From an uncultured Verrucomicrobiota bacterium (GTDB lineage Bacteria > Verrucomicrobiota > Kiritimatiellia > RFP12 > UBA3636): 64,000 nt of DNA. The position numbers and the translations under genes are program-made. Shown piece after piece: positions 1 through 9,871 of the stretch (positions within the stretch are counted from its first letter, which is position 1; each line of letters begins with the position of its first letter). Under the pieces are notes generated by a model. It saw only the letters and a list, made by a program, of their open reading frames with translations, did not search any database and was not told the origin of the DNA. The DNA lies in contig CASEAR010000044.1 in NCBI GenBank assembly GCA_949285835.1, positions 3,248 through 67,247 on the forward strand, read 5' to 3'.

Positions 1-410
1 AATTAGTTTAAGGCGGCCATATTGCGCGGCAGTGCAGAGCAATAATACTTCGGTGGAGATTGGATATGGCCTGTTTGCTCTCTGCGGTTTCGTGCGTGCA
101 GAGATGTGTGTGGTATAGCTCATTAAAAATCAGAATGTTATATTTGCACAGCAATTTGTGATGGTTAAACGAGGTTTTCCCTTTGGGAAAGCTGAGGCGT
201 CTCGGAGTCCGTCCCGATCCGTTTTTTTAAATTGGAAACACATTTGTTTCTTTTCAGTCCTGCAGGCATCCCCCAAAGCGTTATGCGGAGAAATGCGGCA
301 TTGTGAATTGTATTGGAATCAGATTCCGGTGTGTTATAGAATCAGCGTTCGAATCCCAATGGGTGGTTTGCGGGCGATGTGCGGAGGGAGTGTGTGTTGT
401 GTGCGGCGAA

Positions 411-1199
411 ATGGGACAACCTGTTCGTTACAAAGCGGTGGTGGCTTACGATGGCACGGATTTTGCCGGCTGGCAGCGCCAGCCGGGGTTCAGAACGGTA
501 CAGGAAACATTTGAAACGGCGCTAAGCCGGCTTTCACGTTCCGGACAGAGCGTAACAGCACATGCGAGCGGTAGAACGGATGCCGGTGTGCACGCACGCG
601 GTCAGACCGTGCATTTTGATTTATTCAGGGGCATGACGGGGACGCAGCTGCGCAGGGCGTTGAACGGATGGCTTCCAGAGGACGTGCGTGTGGTGGATGC
701 GGCCGCGGTGTCTTCGGATTTCCATGCCAGACATTCTGCGGCCGGCAAGGAATACAGGTATTTTGTGTACAATGCCGCGGTAATGGATCCGCTTTTCCGG
801 CGCACCATGCTGCACATGCCGCGCGAGCTGAATATGGAAGCGATGCGGGAAGCGGCGTCTTTGCTGACTGGAAAGCACGATTTTGCGGCGTTCAGCGCGA
901 ATCCGTCGCGAGAGATAGAGTCGACCGTCCGGACTGTCTATTCCATAGAGATTGCAGGGGAAGCCCCTTTTCTGGAATTCAGAGTAACCGGAGACGGTTT
1001 CCTGTACAAAATGGTGCGCAGTATTTCCGGCATCCTTCTCTCTGTCGGCATCGGGAAAGAGCGTCCCGGCGCAGTGAGGGAGATAATGCTTTCAGGCGTC
1101 AGGACAGCCAGAGTGGAGACTGCTCCGGCGCGAGGGCTCGTGTTGTGGCGCGTATGGTATGAACGGGCTGACGTCAAAGACGCGGTTTCATGTGAATGA
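411..1199 (+). CDS. truA: tRNA pseudouridine(38-40) synthase TruA
   Basis: Translation from the internal ATG at 411 (MGQPVRYKAVVAYDGTDFAGWQRQPGF..RTDAGVHA..) matches the TruA family along its full length. The ORF track extends to an upstream GTG at 303, but the conserved TruA N-terminus begins at 411. Confidence 0.9.
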   Translation: MGQPVRYKAVVAYDGTDFAGWQRQPGFRTVQETFETALSRLSRSGQSVTAHASGRTDAGVHARGQTVHFDLFRGMTGTQLRRALNGWLPEDVRVVDAAAVSSDFHARHSAAGKEYRYFVYNAAVMDPLFRRTMLHMPRELNMEAMREAASLLTGKHDFAAFSANPSREIESTVRTVYSIEIAGEAPFLEFRVTGDGFLYKMVRSISGILLSVGIGKERPGAVREIMLSGVRTARVETAPARGLVLWRVWYERADVKDAVSCE

Positions 1200-2112
1200 A
1201 CGTGCATGCGGATGTACTCATCCGGCTGGTTTCGTAAGCTATACCGGCGGAGACGTTTCCCCAAGTGCAGATTGTGACTGCGTACGGTGCGGCATCGTAA
1301 AGGCGGCTGACGCAAAAACAGGCTTGTAAGATTGTGGCGGGGTATGCCTTTGAGGACGTGAAACAGTGCCGTTTTTCTGAAATGCCCCTTTGCAGTTTCT
1401 GTCCTGAGCGTCATAAAACGGAATAATACGGCCCATAATGACTCATCCGGCAAACATTGTCCGGTCTGCTCCGTGTCCGGTGATCTATGAAAGCCGCAAA
1501 ACGTCCATGTTCGCAAGAGCAGGAGGTCTTTTTTCTCGGTTAAGCCGCCACTTACAGCAATCCGCGCGGGGTCATGCGGCTATACGGGTACCTTCGAACA
1601 GTCGTGCAAAAACAGTTGCGTGTGCAAGTTACATGCCTGCAAGGGCCGGGACCGCAATGAAAAAGTTCTAAAATGGAAGCATTGCTCCGTTCGGGCAATT
1701 TGCCTGAACATAAAATGACGTTCAGTTCCCAATAGGCCGAAAGACGCATGCGCTGAACAGAAAAGAAACGTGAATGCCATCGACAACGCATCGATAAAAT
1801 CTCCAGTATACGAAATTAGTTTTTTATTTGCCGACTAAAGTAGGAAAAAGAATTTCCGTATGGTTTCTGGATCTCCCGCACCGGAATTTCGGCGGATTAT
1901 CTTTGATAATATCGCACGAATGAACCGTGATGCCGCGGATGCTCATGCGGGCCGTGCTTCCAGAGAATGCCATGAAGACTCCATTAGGTTCGGTGGCTCG
2001 TAACATGCCGGTTCTAAAACAACGGCATATGCATCGAAACCGTTTCCTGAAAAGGCCGAGTTTCCCGGCAACGGCTTACGGCTCCTCAGTACGTGCGGCT
2101 CACAGCAACGGC

Positions 2113-2790
2113 TTATTGTTTCTGCCTGGCAGTGGAGGCGGCGCGTTTCAGATATGGCAGGTACCCTGTCGTATAAACTATTGCGGAAACGACGGTGAGC
2201 GCCAGGAATACGAGTTCAGCGGCGGCAAGCACGCTGAACGGGAACAGTGTGAGACCCTCATATTTTTCGCACTGCATGGACAGCGTCTGAGCTCCAAGGT
2301 AGAGGTGTGCGGCGGCAATGACCGGGAAGCCGAAGGCTGTGCGTATTTTGCCAATCATGCCGGCTTTTATATCTGCTCCGTATTCAAGTGCGGCGGAGCG
2401 CATAAACGTTACCCACAGATCCCGGACTATGGAAACGACGTCCAGAAGGAGGAGGATTATCGCGTGAGGCAAATCCTCGTTGACGAGAGCCACAAAAGTA
2501 GCGGCCGGCAGGGTGATGCCGTAGAAGATTTTGTCCATGAGCGGATCTGCCAGAGCGCCGAGTCTGCTTGTTACATCCCATTTACGTGCGTATTTGCCGT
2601 CGAAGAGGTCCGTAAGCGCGGAGGCGCACATGAGCAGAATTGTCGTCGTGACGATAACCGGGGACGGATAAAATACGTTGATGATGGATGCCGCGCCAGC
2701 TGCGATAACAAGCGGGGCCCTTGCGAATGTGAGTGCAAATACGATGACGAGGTGCGTTTTGCGGAGGGTGTTCGGTTGTTGATTGTTCAT
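2113..2790 (-). CDS. pgsA: CDP-diacylglycerol--glycerol-3-phosphate 3-phosphatidyltransferase (CDP-alcohol phosphatidyltransferase family)
   Basis: 225 aa polytopic membrane protein carrying the CDP-OH phosphatidyltransferase motif DGKYARKW..SRLGALADPLMDKI. Confidence 0.85.
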   Translation of the reverse strand: MNNQQPNTLRKTHLVIVFALTFARAPLVIAAGAASIINVFYPSPVIVTTTILLMCASALTDLFDGKYARKWDVTSRLGALADPLMDKIFYGITLPAATFVALVNEDLPHAIILLLLDVVSIVRDLWVTFMRSAALEYGADIKAGMIGKIRTAFGFPVIAAAHLYLGAQTLSMQCEKYEGLTLFPFSVLAAAELVFLALTVVSAIVYTTGYLPYLKRAASTARQKQ

Positions 2791-2849
2791 TTGTGTGGAA
2801 TACTGTGTTTTAGAGCTGTACCTTATACTGAATCAGCGCCGGCGTCCGC

Positions 2850-3683
2850 TTAAATCCCGGCAGCAGGCGCGTTTGAGACGGAACCGTCAGGCGCCGTCAC
2901 TTCTATGTCTGCGGCGCCGGCCGTATCTACGGCTTCTTCCTGTTCTTCTGGAAGTGAGTTAGTCGGGGCTGCCGGGCCGCTTCCCGGCGCGGCGGCGCGA
3001 TCGGTGTCCGTATCGTCAGGCCCGTCGCCGGGCTGGCCGTTATTCTCCTCCCCGGAGGTTTCGATACCGTCGTCAGTTTCCGGAGGATTGCTGCTCGCGG
3101 ATTCCGTTCCGGCTGCAGCGGCGGAGTTGAACATATTTGTGATCATGGAGCTGTATTGTCTGGCATTCGCCCTGAGTTTTGGAATCCAGTTGGTTGCAAG
3201 GGTGTTCATGGTTTCTCCCAGTCCGGGTACGAGGGCAGGGGGAGAATACACCCACTTAGTAACCTTGTTCTCCGAGTTTATCTCTCCCGGGACGCGTCTG
3301 CATACGAAGAGGTCGTTGGCGCTGTCGTGCCGCCTGACGGACGATATTATCGTTTGCGTGTTGTTTGTGTAGGCGATCATGATAATGTATTCGTCAGCTT
3401 CGCACTCCGTACGCGGCAATTTTGCAGGTTGCGCAGACGCGAGCCCGTTGATGATCGCGTCTCCGGCATCTTTGGGGCAAAGCAGAGCGAACGGCTGGGC
3501 TTCGCCTTTTGTGTCGAGAAAAACGAAAACGCCTGAGACAGAATCTTTGTCCTCTGCGCAAGCTCTTATCATCTTTGCTCCCGCCTCTCTGACGGCGCTG
3601 CCTTTCATATCGCGCACGTAAAGCGCGGCTGCAGCAATTATCAGGACTATTCCGAGAATCAGATTCCAGTTGTTGCGTTTCAT
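2850..3683 (-). CDS. hypothetical membrane-anchored protein with a long acidic, Pro/Asp/Thr/Glu-rich C-terminal tail
   Basis: 277 aa ORF with an N-terminal hydrophobic anchor (LILGIVLIIAAAALYV) and a low-complexity acidic tail. An RBS-like GGAGAAG lies 4 nt upstream of the ATG. I recognise no family. Confidence 0.5.
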   Translation of the reverse strand: MKRNNWNLILGIVLIIAAAALYVRDMKGSAVREAGAKMIRACAEDKDSVSGVFVFLDTKGEAQPFALLCPKDAGDAIINGLASAQPAKLPRTECEADEYIIMIAYTNNTQTIISSVRRHDSANDLFVCRRVPGEINSENKVTKWVYSPPALVPGLGETMNTLATNWIPKLRANARQYSSMITNMFNSAAAAGTESASSNPPETDDGIETSGEENNGQPGDGPDDTDTDRAAAPGSGPAAPTNSLPEEQEEAVDTAGAADIEVTAPDGSVSNAPAAGI

Positions 3684-3708
3684 TTACTTCTCCTGCTGTA
3701 TTTGTCGC
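3672..3708. repeat. 37-bp perfect direct repeat, copy 1 (gttgcgtttcatttacttctcctgctgtatttgtcgc)
   Basis: Seen directly in the sequence. This copy covers the RBS plus ATG plus first codons of the 2850..3683 gene on the minus strand. Confidence 0.9.
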
Positions 3709-3741
3709 ATTTCGTCCGCCTTCGCGCCGTAACCGAGATAC

Positions 3742-3778
3742 GTTGCGTTTCATTTACTTCTCCTGCTGTATTTGTCGC
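3742..3778. repeat. 37-bp perfect direct repeat, copy 2 (identical to 3672..3708, offset 70 bp)
   Basis: Seen directly. This copy overlaps the stop codon and the last 8 codons (RQIQQEK) of rdgB on the minus strand. Confidence 0.9.
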
Positions 3779-4395
3779 TGGAATGTGAAAAGTTCGCTTA
3801 TTTTCCGTTTCAGGAGGACGGCGGCACGCGCCCGGTGCGATATTACGTCTTTCACGTCGCTGCCGAGTTGTCCGAACGTCATGGACTGTCCATCCGGAAC
3901 AAAAAGAGGGTCGTAGCCGAAACCGTTGTGTCCCGCGGGTTCACGGATGATGTGTCCCGGGCATTCGCCTCGAAAAGTGTACTCTTCTCCGCTTGGGGAT
4001 ACGAGGGCGATCACGCATGTAAAGTGCGCGGTGACCGGATCAGCGAACGCAGAGAGCTCTTGCAGCAGTCTGGCGTTGTTGGCGGCGTCATCGCCATGCC
4101 GTCCGGCGTAGCGTGCGGACAACACGCCCGGAGCCCCTACCAGCACGTCGACTTCAAGTCCGGAATCGTCCGCGATGGTCCATTGTCCCGTACCCGCCGC
4201 ATAGGCTCGCGCTTTTATCAGGGCGTTCCCCTCGAATGTCTGTGCATTTTCCTGCGGCTCAGGGATTGCCGGGAAATCTGCTGCGGATTTCAAAACCACG
4301 CCTGAAAAGCCGAGAATACGTCCGAACTCACGCAGTTTGTGGGGGTTGCCGCTGGCGACGACGAATACTTTCGGGAGTTTCTGTTTGGCGTTCAT
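3754..4395 (-). CDS. rdgB: non-canonical purine NTP (dITP/XTP) pyrophosphatase, RdgB/Ham1 family
   Basis: 213 aa with VVASGNPHKLREF at the N-terminus and FGYDPLF..motif typical of Ham1/RdgB. Confidence 0.85.
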   Translation of the reverse strand: MNAKQKLPKVFVVASGNPHKLREFGRILGFSGVVLKSAADFPAIPEPQENAQTFEGNALIKARAYAAGTGQWTIADDSGLEVDVLVGAPGVLSARYAGRHGDDAANNARLLQELSAFADPVTAHFTCVIALVSPSGEEYTFRGECPGHIIREPAGHNGFGYDPLFVPDGQSMTFGQLGSDVKDVISHRARAAVLLKRKISELFTFQRQIQQEK

Positions 4396-4400
4396 TGTTT

Positions 4401-5222
4401 TCAGTATAACTTCTTAACACTGCGGTTGCGGCCGAGATCTTTTCGGAGAGTTTCAATTACCGGGTAGAGTCTGGGCACGAAATCGTTGATTGCCGATTTC
4501 CAGTTGTCCGGATGATTAGGGTCGCGTTCCATGCATAGCGATACGTAAGCCCATCTCGGGCGGTAGTTGTGGACAGCGTTGTCGTACATCATGTACATGA
4601 AACGTGTGAGATGGCTGTCCGTGATATGTTCCGGGTTGAAGAACCAGTATACGTAGACGGAAAAAATGGTTTCCTGATTTCCGTTGGGTTCCTTGAATGT
4701 CTGGGAAATTTCCAGAACCTTGGCCGTGATGGTGCGTCCGCCGCCTATGTCTACGTCATACGAATACTCGTCGTTTATCTTGTTGCCGTGCGCCACGAGG
4801 CATACCTGCGGTCTGTGTATGCTCTTTCTCTCCATTCCGGAGAAAACGAATGTCGTTTGTATTGCCGGTCCGGTGTCCGCCTTATATACACGCCTGAAGA
4901 TCGGCGTATTGTCGGGGAGCAGTTTTCTCTCGCCTATCGAAATTTCGGAAAGATCCGCCTCCTGACATGACGGGCATTTCATTGAGCGGAGCTGTTCCTC
5001 TGTCAGTTTCTGCTCAAGAAAAGACCTTGCGCAGTTTTCGTTTGTACAGAAAAAGAGCCTCTGTCCGCGATAGAAATCCACGTTGTCCGGCATTACCAGC
5101 GGGATTTCCCCTTCGGGGTCTCCGTAAATATATCTTGGGCGCGAAAGCAGGAAGTAGGCTGCGGCGACAACGCCAAGAGTGAGCACTACCGTTGCTGCGG
5201 CGTATATTTTTCCGGCGTTCAT
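4401..5222 (-). CDS. exosortase-associated EpsI-family protein with an inserted Cys4 zinc-ribbon-like segment
   Basis: N-terminal TM anchor, the conserved EpsI HxPxxC motif (HRPQVCLVAHG), and a 4-bp overlap with the upstream exosortase gene. The extra CTNENC...CPSCQ segment is not typical of EpsI. Confidence 0.65.
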   Translation of the reverse strand: MNAGKIYAAATVVLTLGVVAAAYFLLSRPRYIYGDPEGEIPLVMPDNVDFYRGQRLFFCTNENCARSFLEQKLTEEQLRSMKCPSCQEADLSEISIGERKLLPDNTPIFRRVYKADTGPAIQTTFVFSGMERKSIHRPQVCLVAHGNKINDEYSYDVDIGGGRTITAKVLEISQTFKEPNGNQETIFSVYVYWFFNPEHITDSHLTRFMYMMYDNAVHNYRPRWAYVSLCMERDPNHPDNWKSAINDFVPRLYPVIETLRKDLGRNRSVKKLY

Positions 5223-6247
5223 CCGAATCTCCTTTCGATTTTCTCGATGATGGATCCGGTTAGCATGAGAAGGCCGAGGGAAATGAACAGGACGAGGAAT
5301 CCCGACAGGTCATGATAGAGCGTCATTGCAAGCTCCATGCCGATCCATTCGGCGATGAGGCCAAGCGTAAAAATTCTCAGAGCGTTCGCCAGCATCGCGA
5401 GGGGGATGGACATGGCGAAGAGTATCCATTTGCTCCAGAATCCGTGCATAGTCAGATATGCGTACGGGGCCGCGAGCGCCACCATCGCGGAGAGAGAGCG
5501 AAGCCCGCTGCACGCATCCGCGACGTTAAAAGAAAATCCACCGCCGGCGGAACTGTAAACGATAGTTCCCTGCCTTGCGGCTTCGATGCCGGCGCCGTGG
5601 AGCAGCGTCACAGATATTTGACTCGCCATCATGCGCAACGGCCATGTGATTTCGGTGAGAAGCGACGATGTGAAGCAAAGGAGCGCGTAGCCTGCCGGGA
5701 ATATCAGGCGGACGGCGACGCGTCTGCCCCAGGCGGCGTAGACTGCCCCCCAGTATGCAACGACGAGAGCGGCAAGGGATATTCGCGGCATCTGCGTCCT
5801 GTAGCCGAATATATGCGCGAGGATCGATACGAATACAATCCCGGCGCCGGCAAGCGAATATGAGGATTCGGTGCCGGACAGCTCTTCCCGGTCTTTCCAG
5901 ATAAGGTAGGCCGAAAAAATAAGCATAACCCAGTTATATTTGAAATTCTCATGACCCCATTGGAGCATTACCCACCCGAAAATTGAGCGGTCTTCTCCTA
6001 TTACTTCAGAATCTGTGCCGAAATCGCGGTACAGCATCGTAATAAGCAAAGCTGCCGCCAGGAAGAAAATCCATCTGGCCGCTTTTTGCCATGAAAAGCT
6101 GCATTGCATGCTGTTTGCGGTTTTCAAGCTGCCGGCAATGCCGCCGTCCAGCGGCTCGGTCTGGACGCTGCCACCCTCCGTTTGTGCTGCTCTTTCGTCG
6201 CTGTTCATGTGCGGGATTGTACAGCAAACCGGTTTCCTTATCAACAT
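5219..6247 (-). CDS. exosortase (XrtA/EpsH-like transpeptidase of the PEP-CTERM system)
   Basis: Polytopic membrane protein with the signature exosortase motifs NVADACSGLRSL (catalytic Cys) and LANALRI (Arg). EpsI follows immediately downstream. Confidence 0.85.
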   Translation of the reverse strand: MLIRKPVCCTIPHMNSDERAAQTEGGSVQTEPLDGGIAGSLKTANSMQCSFSWQKAARWIFFLAAALLITMLYRDFGTDSEVIGEDRSIFGWVMLQWGHENFKYNWVMLIFSAYLIWKDREELSGTESSYSLAGAGIVFVSILAHIFGYRTQMPRISLAALVVAYWGAVYAAWGRRVAVRLIFPAGYALLCFTSSLLTEITWPLRMMASQISVTLLHGAGIEAARQGTIVYSSAGGGFSFNVADACSGLRSLSAMVALAAPYAYLTMHGFWSKWILFAMSIPLAMLANALRIFTLGLIAEWIGMELAMTLYHDLSGFLVLFISLGLLMLTGSIIEKIERRFG

Positions 6248-6819
6248 GTATGACGGCAGTCAGCTGGAAAGTGAAAGGTCTACTGCACGCGTGCCTGCGC
6301 CCCTTATGAGAACGGCGGGGCCGAGAACTGCTCTCGCCTTTTAAAAAGACGGTTCCCTAAAAGGAACAAACTTCGTCCGCGTCAGCGGCGAAGAACGCAG
6401 ACGATCGGAAGATATAATCAACAGCATGCCGGGGATATCCCTCGGCGGAAAGTGCCCCACCGAGTATCGCTCACTTATTGCCTGAATACCAATATGCGTC
6501 CCTGTAAAAATTAGTTGACGCTCCTTCTGCAATTCACCTGCGGCAATATGTACGCGTTGCGCCATAAAAACAGGCCCCATACGGAAAAACGGCTTTATAA
6601 TCCTGTATGGTTCCGCGTTGGCCGGATGCTTGCCTGACGAATGCAGGCGCGAAAGTTCTGGATTTTTTTTGTTGAAAGGCGTTCTGTTGTGGGGTACCCT
6701 ATTGGGCAGAGGCTGTTGAGTTCGGCAGATTGCGCTGCGGCGGGCCGAGCTGGTGTCCGGCGGGCGAGACCCCGCGGTGCTGCCGGCCGCGCCGTTAACG
6801 AGTTGGCGGAGGTGATCAG

Positions 6820-8484
6820 ATGAATGTGTCATTAGCGTTGTTTTCTTTCCTGTTTTTTACCGCGTTGGTGGGCGTGCTGACATGGTTTTTTGCAAGAGGC
6901 AAGGAAATAAGCTCAAATGAAGGTTTTTTCCTCGCAGGACGGTCTTTGACGTTCCCGTTCATCGCTGCGTCGCTTCTTTTGACGAATTTGTCGACGGAGC
7001 AGCTTGTGGGGCTCAACGGCGACGGCTTCACGGCGGGTTTGTCTGTGATGGTGTGGGAGGTAGTCGCCGTGATTACGCTTGTGCTGATGGCGCTATTCTT
7101 CCTCCCGCGTTTTCTGAAATCGGGAATAACGACTGTTCCGGACTTTCTCGAAATAAGGTTCGGCAGAAGCGCCAGAATTGTGTGCAGTGTGATATTCCTT
7201 CTCGCATACATGCTGCAGCTGCTCCCCATAATTCTTTACACGGGAGCTGTCGGACTTACCGGGATACTTGACCTGACAAAGCTCACCGGGATAGAAGACG
7301 AGTCGACTTTGCTGTGGATGTCCGTATGGATTGTCGGTGTGATCGGAATGATTTACGCGCTGTTCGGGGGATTGAGGTCGATAGTTATTTCCGACCTGCT
7401 CAACGGCATCGGTCTTCTGACAGGCGGCCTGATGATTACATGGTTCGGGTTGAGGGCATGCGGTATGGCGAACGGTGGCGAGGGGATTCTGGCGGGGCTG
7501 ACGGCGCTGAAAGAGAATGTTCCGGAGCATCTCAATTCCATAGGCGGCCCGAGAGACCCGGTTCCGTTCTGGCAGATCTTTACAGGCGTTTTTCTGATAA
7601 ACGCGTTCTATTGGTGTACCAACCAGCAGATAATTCAGCGTACGCTCGGGGCCAGTTCTCTGAAGGAAGGGCAGAAGGGCGTTTTGCTGACGGGTTTCCT
7701 TAAGCTTATCGGGCCGCTCTACCTCGTTCTTCCGGGAATTATGGCATACTACCTCTACTCCACCGGAAATCTTGACGTCGGCGGAGACGGCACGCTGCGC
7801 TCCGTGGATGCCTATGGTACGCTGGTCAGAAATGTTCTCCCGGAGTGCCTTACAGGATTCTTTGCGGCCGTTATGGTGGGGGCGGTGCTGTCGAGTTTCA
7901 ATTCTGCGCTTAATTCCACATGTACGCTGTTCAGCCTCAACATATACAAAGGGCTGATAAAGCCGGATGCGTCAGACAATGAAACTGTGCGCGTCGGGAA
8001 GTATTTCGGGTTCCTGATTGCGGTTGGCGCGATGCTCGTGGCTCCGCAGCTGGCGGCGACCAAGAGCATTTTTACGTACCTGCAGGAGGTTAACGGGATT
8101 TATTTCATCCCGATATTTGCCGTGGTGCTCATCGGTCTGCTTCATAAGCGTGTGCCGCAGGCGGCGGCAAACGTCGGTCTGGTGGGAGGCGTCATTTTCA
8201 TTTCCGTGTTTTATTTGATCAAGGCGTTTGCAAAGGACGGGGCTCTCGATATTGTCAGCAGAATTGGCACTTATCACTTCCTGGGCGCGGCATTTGTAAT
8301 CATCGTGCTTGCAATGTTTGCGGTTACGGCGGTTTGGCCCCTGAAAGAAGCCTGGCAGCACAAATACAGCGGTGATGTGGATATTACTCCGTGGAAGGGG
8401 ACCGTCCCTGTGTCGCTGTTTCTGATAATCTTCGTAATAGTGATATACGGGATTTTCGCAGACTTCAGCGTGCTGTCCGAATAG
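6820..8484 (+). CDS. sodium:solute symporter (SSS family)
   Basis: 554 aa with about 13-14 predicted TM segments and SSF-like N-terminal and central motifs. RBS GGCGGAGGTG precedes the ATG at 6820. Confidence 0.8.
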   Translation: MNVSLALFSFLFFTALVGVLTWFFARGKEISSNEGFFLAGRSLTFPFIAASLLLTNLSTEQLVGLNGDGFTAGLSVMVWEVVAVITLVLMALFFLPRFLKSGITTVPDFLEIRFGRSARIVCSVIFLLAYMLQLLPIILYTGAVGLTGILDLTKLTGIEDESTLLWMSVWIVGVIGMIYALFGGLRSIVISDLLNGIGLLTGGLMITWFGLRACGMANGGEGILAGLTALKENVPEHLNSIGGPRDPVPFWQIFTGVFLINAFYWCTNQQIIQRTLGASSLKEGQKGVLLTGFLKLIGPLYLVLPGIMAYYLYSTGNLDVGGDGTLRSVDAYGTLVRNVLPECLTGFFAAVMVGAVLSSFNSALNSTCTLFSLNIYKGLIKPDASDNETVRVGKYFGFLIAVGAMLVAPQLAATKSIFTYLQEVNGIYFIPIFAVVLIGLLHKRVPQAAANVGLVGGVIFISVFYLIKAFAKDGALDIVSRIGTYHFLGAAFVIIVLAMFAVTAVWPLKEAWQHKYSGDVDITPWKGTVPVSLFLIIFVIVIYGIFADFSVLSE

Positions 8485-8721
8485 CTGCAGTTGCATGCAG
8501 ACGGCATCAAGCACATGGCGCGGCTGTGGTTTTGCGTCTGACGCGGGGCTCTACATATGCCGCCATGTGCCACTCCGTCCGCCCGTCCGTCCGGGCGGCT
8601 TCGCGTTCTGGTGCGTTTGCCGGTGCGTGTCTTTTGTCCTGCCGGGCACTGGCCTGCATCAGCCGGCGGCGGTGTTCTGACGAGGCGTTTTCTGCGGCTT
8701 ATTACTCTGCGGGAGTATATC

Positions 8722-9273
8722 GTGCTTATCGGGCTCGACTTTGAAACAGCGAATTTCAACAGCGGGAGCATCTGCTCTGTCGGCATTGCATGTCTTAACG
8801 CTGACGGTACGCTTGCCGCGGGAATGAACTGTCTGGTTCGACCGCATCGCAGCATGGATTGGGTGAGCTGGCGGTTTTTCCAGATACATGGCATAGGGGA
8901 TGCCGATTTGCGGGATGCGCCGGAATTTCCGGATATATGGGATGAGTTTTGTGCGCTGGTGGGATGCGGAGGGTGCGTTGTCATTCACAATGCGCCTTTC
9001 GATCTGGGGCAGCTGCGGTCAGTGATGAAGCTTTACGGCCTGAGTTCTCTGGAGTTTGAATATGTCTGCAGTTTGTCTGTTTCAAGGAAATGTTTTCCGG
9101 AGCTGACAAGTCATTCTCTATCTAATATGGCGGACTATTTCGGCATACGATTTAACCACCATGAAGCGTTTGACGATGCCAGAACATGCGCAGAGATCGT
9201 GCGCAGAACTGGGATTCCGCCGGGGGCGCTCAGGAGGTTTGCTTTTGACGCCGCCGATACGTGTCTGATCTGA
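8722..9273 (+). CDS. DnaQ-like 3'-5' exonuclease domain protein (DEDDh family)
   Basis: Exo I motif IGLDFETAN and a C-terminal H..AxxDA motif (HHEAFDDARTCAEI). I placed the start at the GTG at 8722 with GGGAG upstream. The ORF-track N-terminus (8557) is low-complexity and looks untranslated. Confidence 0.55.
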   Translation: MLIGLDFETANFNSGSICSVGIACLNADGTLAAGMNCLVRPHRSMDWVSWRFFQIHGIGDADLRDAPEFPDIWDEFCALVGCGGCVVIHNAPFDLGQLRSVMKLYGLSSLEFEYVCSLSVSRKCFPELTSHSLSNMADYFGIRFNHHEAFDDARTCAEIVRRTGIPPGALRRFAFDAADTCLI

Positions 9274-9438
9274 GCAAACATAGGCCGGGACCGCTGAAAA
9301 GTCCTGCAATGTGCTGTTGGCGGGCGTTTAGGAATGGCAAACCGCATTGTTTTGATGCAGGAAGACACGTCTGAAACAATTGTGAAACGGCACAGCGGCG
9401 TCCCCATCGTCTCATCCGATTCATGGCGCCGGGTTTGC

Positions 9439-9472
9439 GCCCGTAGCACGGGTCTACGCCCGTGGCACGGGT
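9439..9472. promoter_or_regulatory. two tandem near-identical palindromic hairpins (gCCCGTagcACGGGt and gCCCGTggcACGGGt) flanked by gggtttgc
   Basis: Seen in the sequence. They lie about 400 bp upstream of the NifX-like gene in a 550-bp intergenic region. Function is unknown. Confidence 0.35.
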
Positions 9473-9871
9473 TTGCTGGGGCAGCGCCGGTCTGCATGGC
9501 CTGAGCGCAGGAACATGATTCTCCATCCCGGAAAAATTTTTCTGTGTTTTTTTTGACTGATGCAACGGCGGCGTGAAAGAACTGGTTTACACGCATTGTG
9601 CCGCGCTTCCGGGTCGTGTGCTGTGATACATACGAATTGCGGGAACCCGATTGTTTTAACTTGTACGGCCGGGTTACCGATGGTAGCATTGGGGTGTTGC
9701 TTCTCCGCAGCGGCGTGATTGGCATGTCGATGCGGAGGACGGTGTGTCTGCGAGCGTCTGTACGACGGCCGGCGGCGCGCGTATGCGCACGGCGGCTGAT
9801 CCGTACGCAGCGCACGCCGATAACGAATGCGGATTATTGGTGCAAATCTACCGATGCGAGGTCGAAAGGTA

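Noticed and set aside
158-514. 118-aa ORF and the GTG-303 extension of truA
   Set aside because: The TruA homology begins at the ATG at 411. The upstream translation is Cys/Arg-rich and non-protein-like, so it is probably 5' UTR.
1927-2853. 308-aa ORF on the plus strand
   Set aside because: It lies entirely antisense to the well-supported pgsA gene and has a low-complexity, Arg/Cys-rich translation. It is a shadow ORF.
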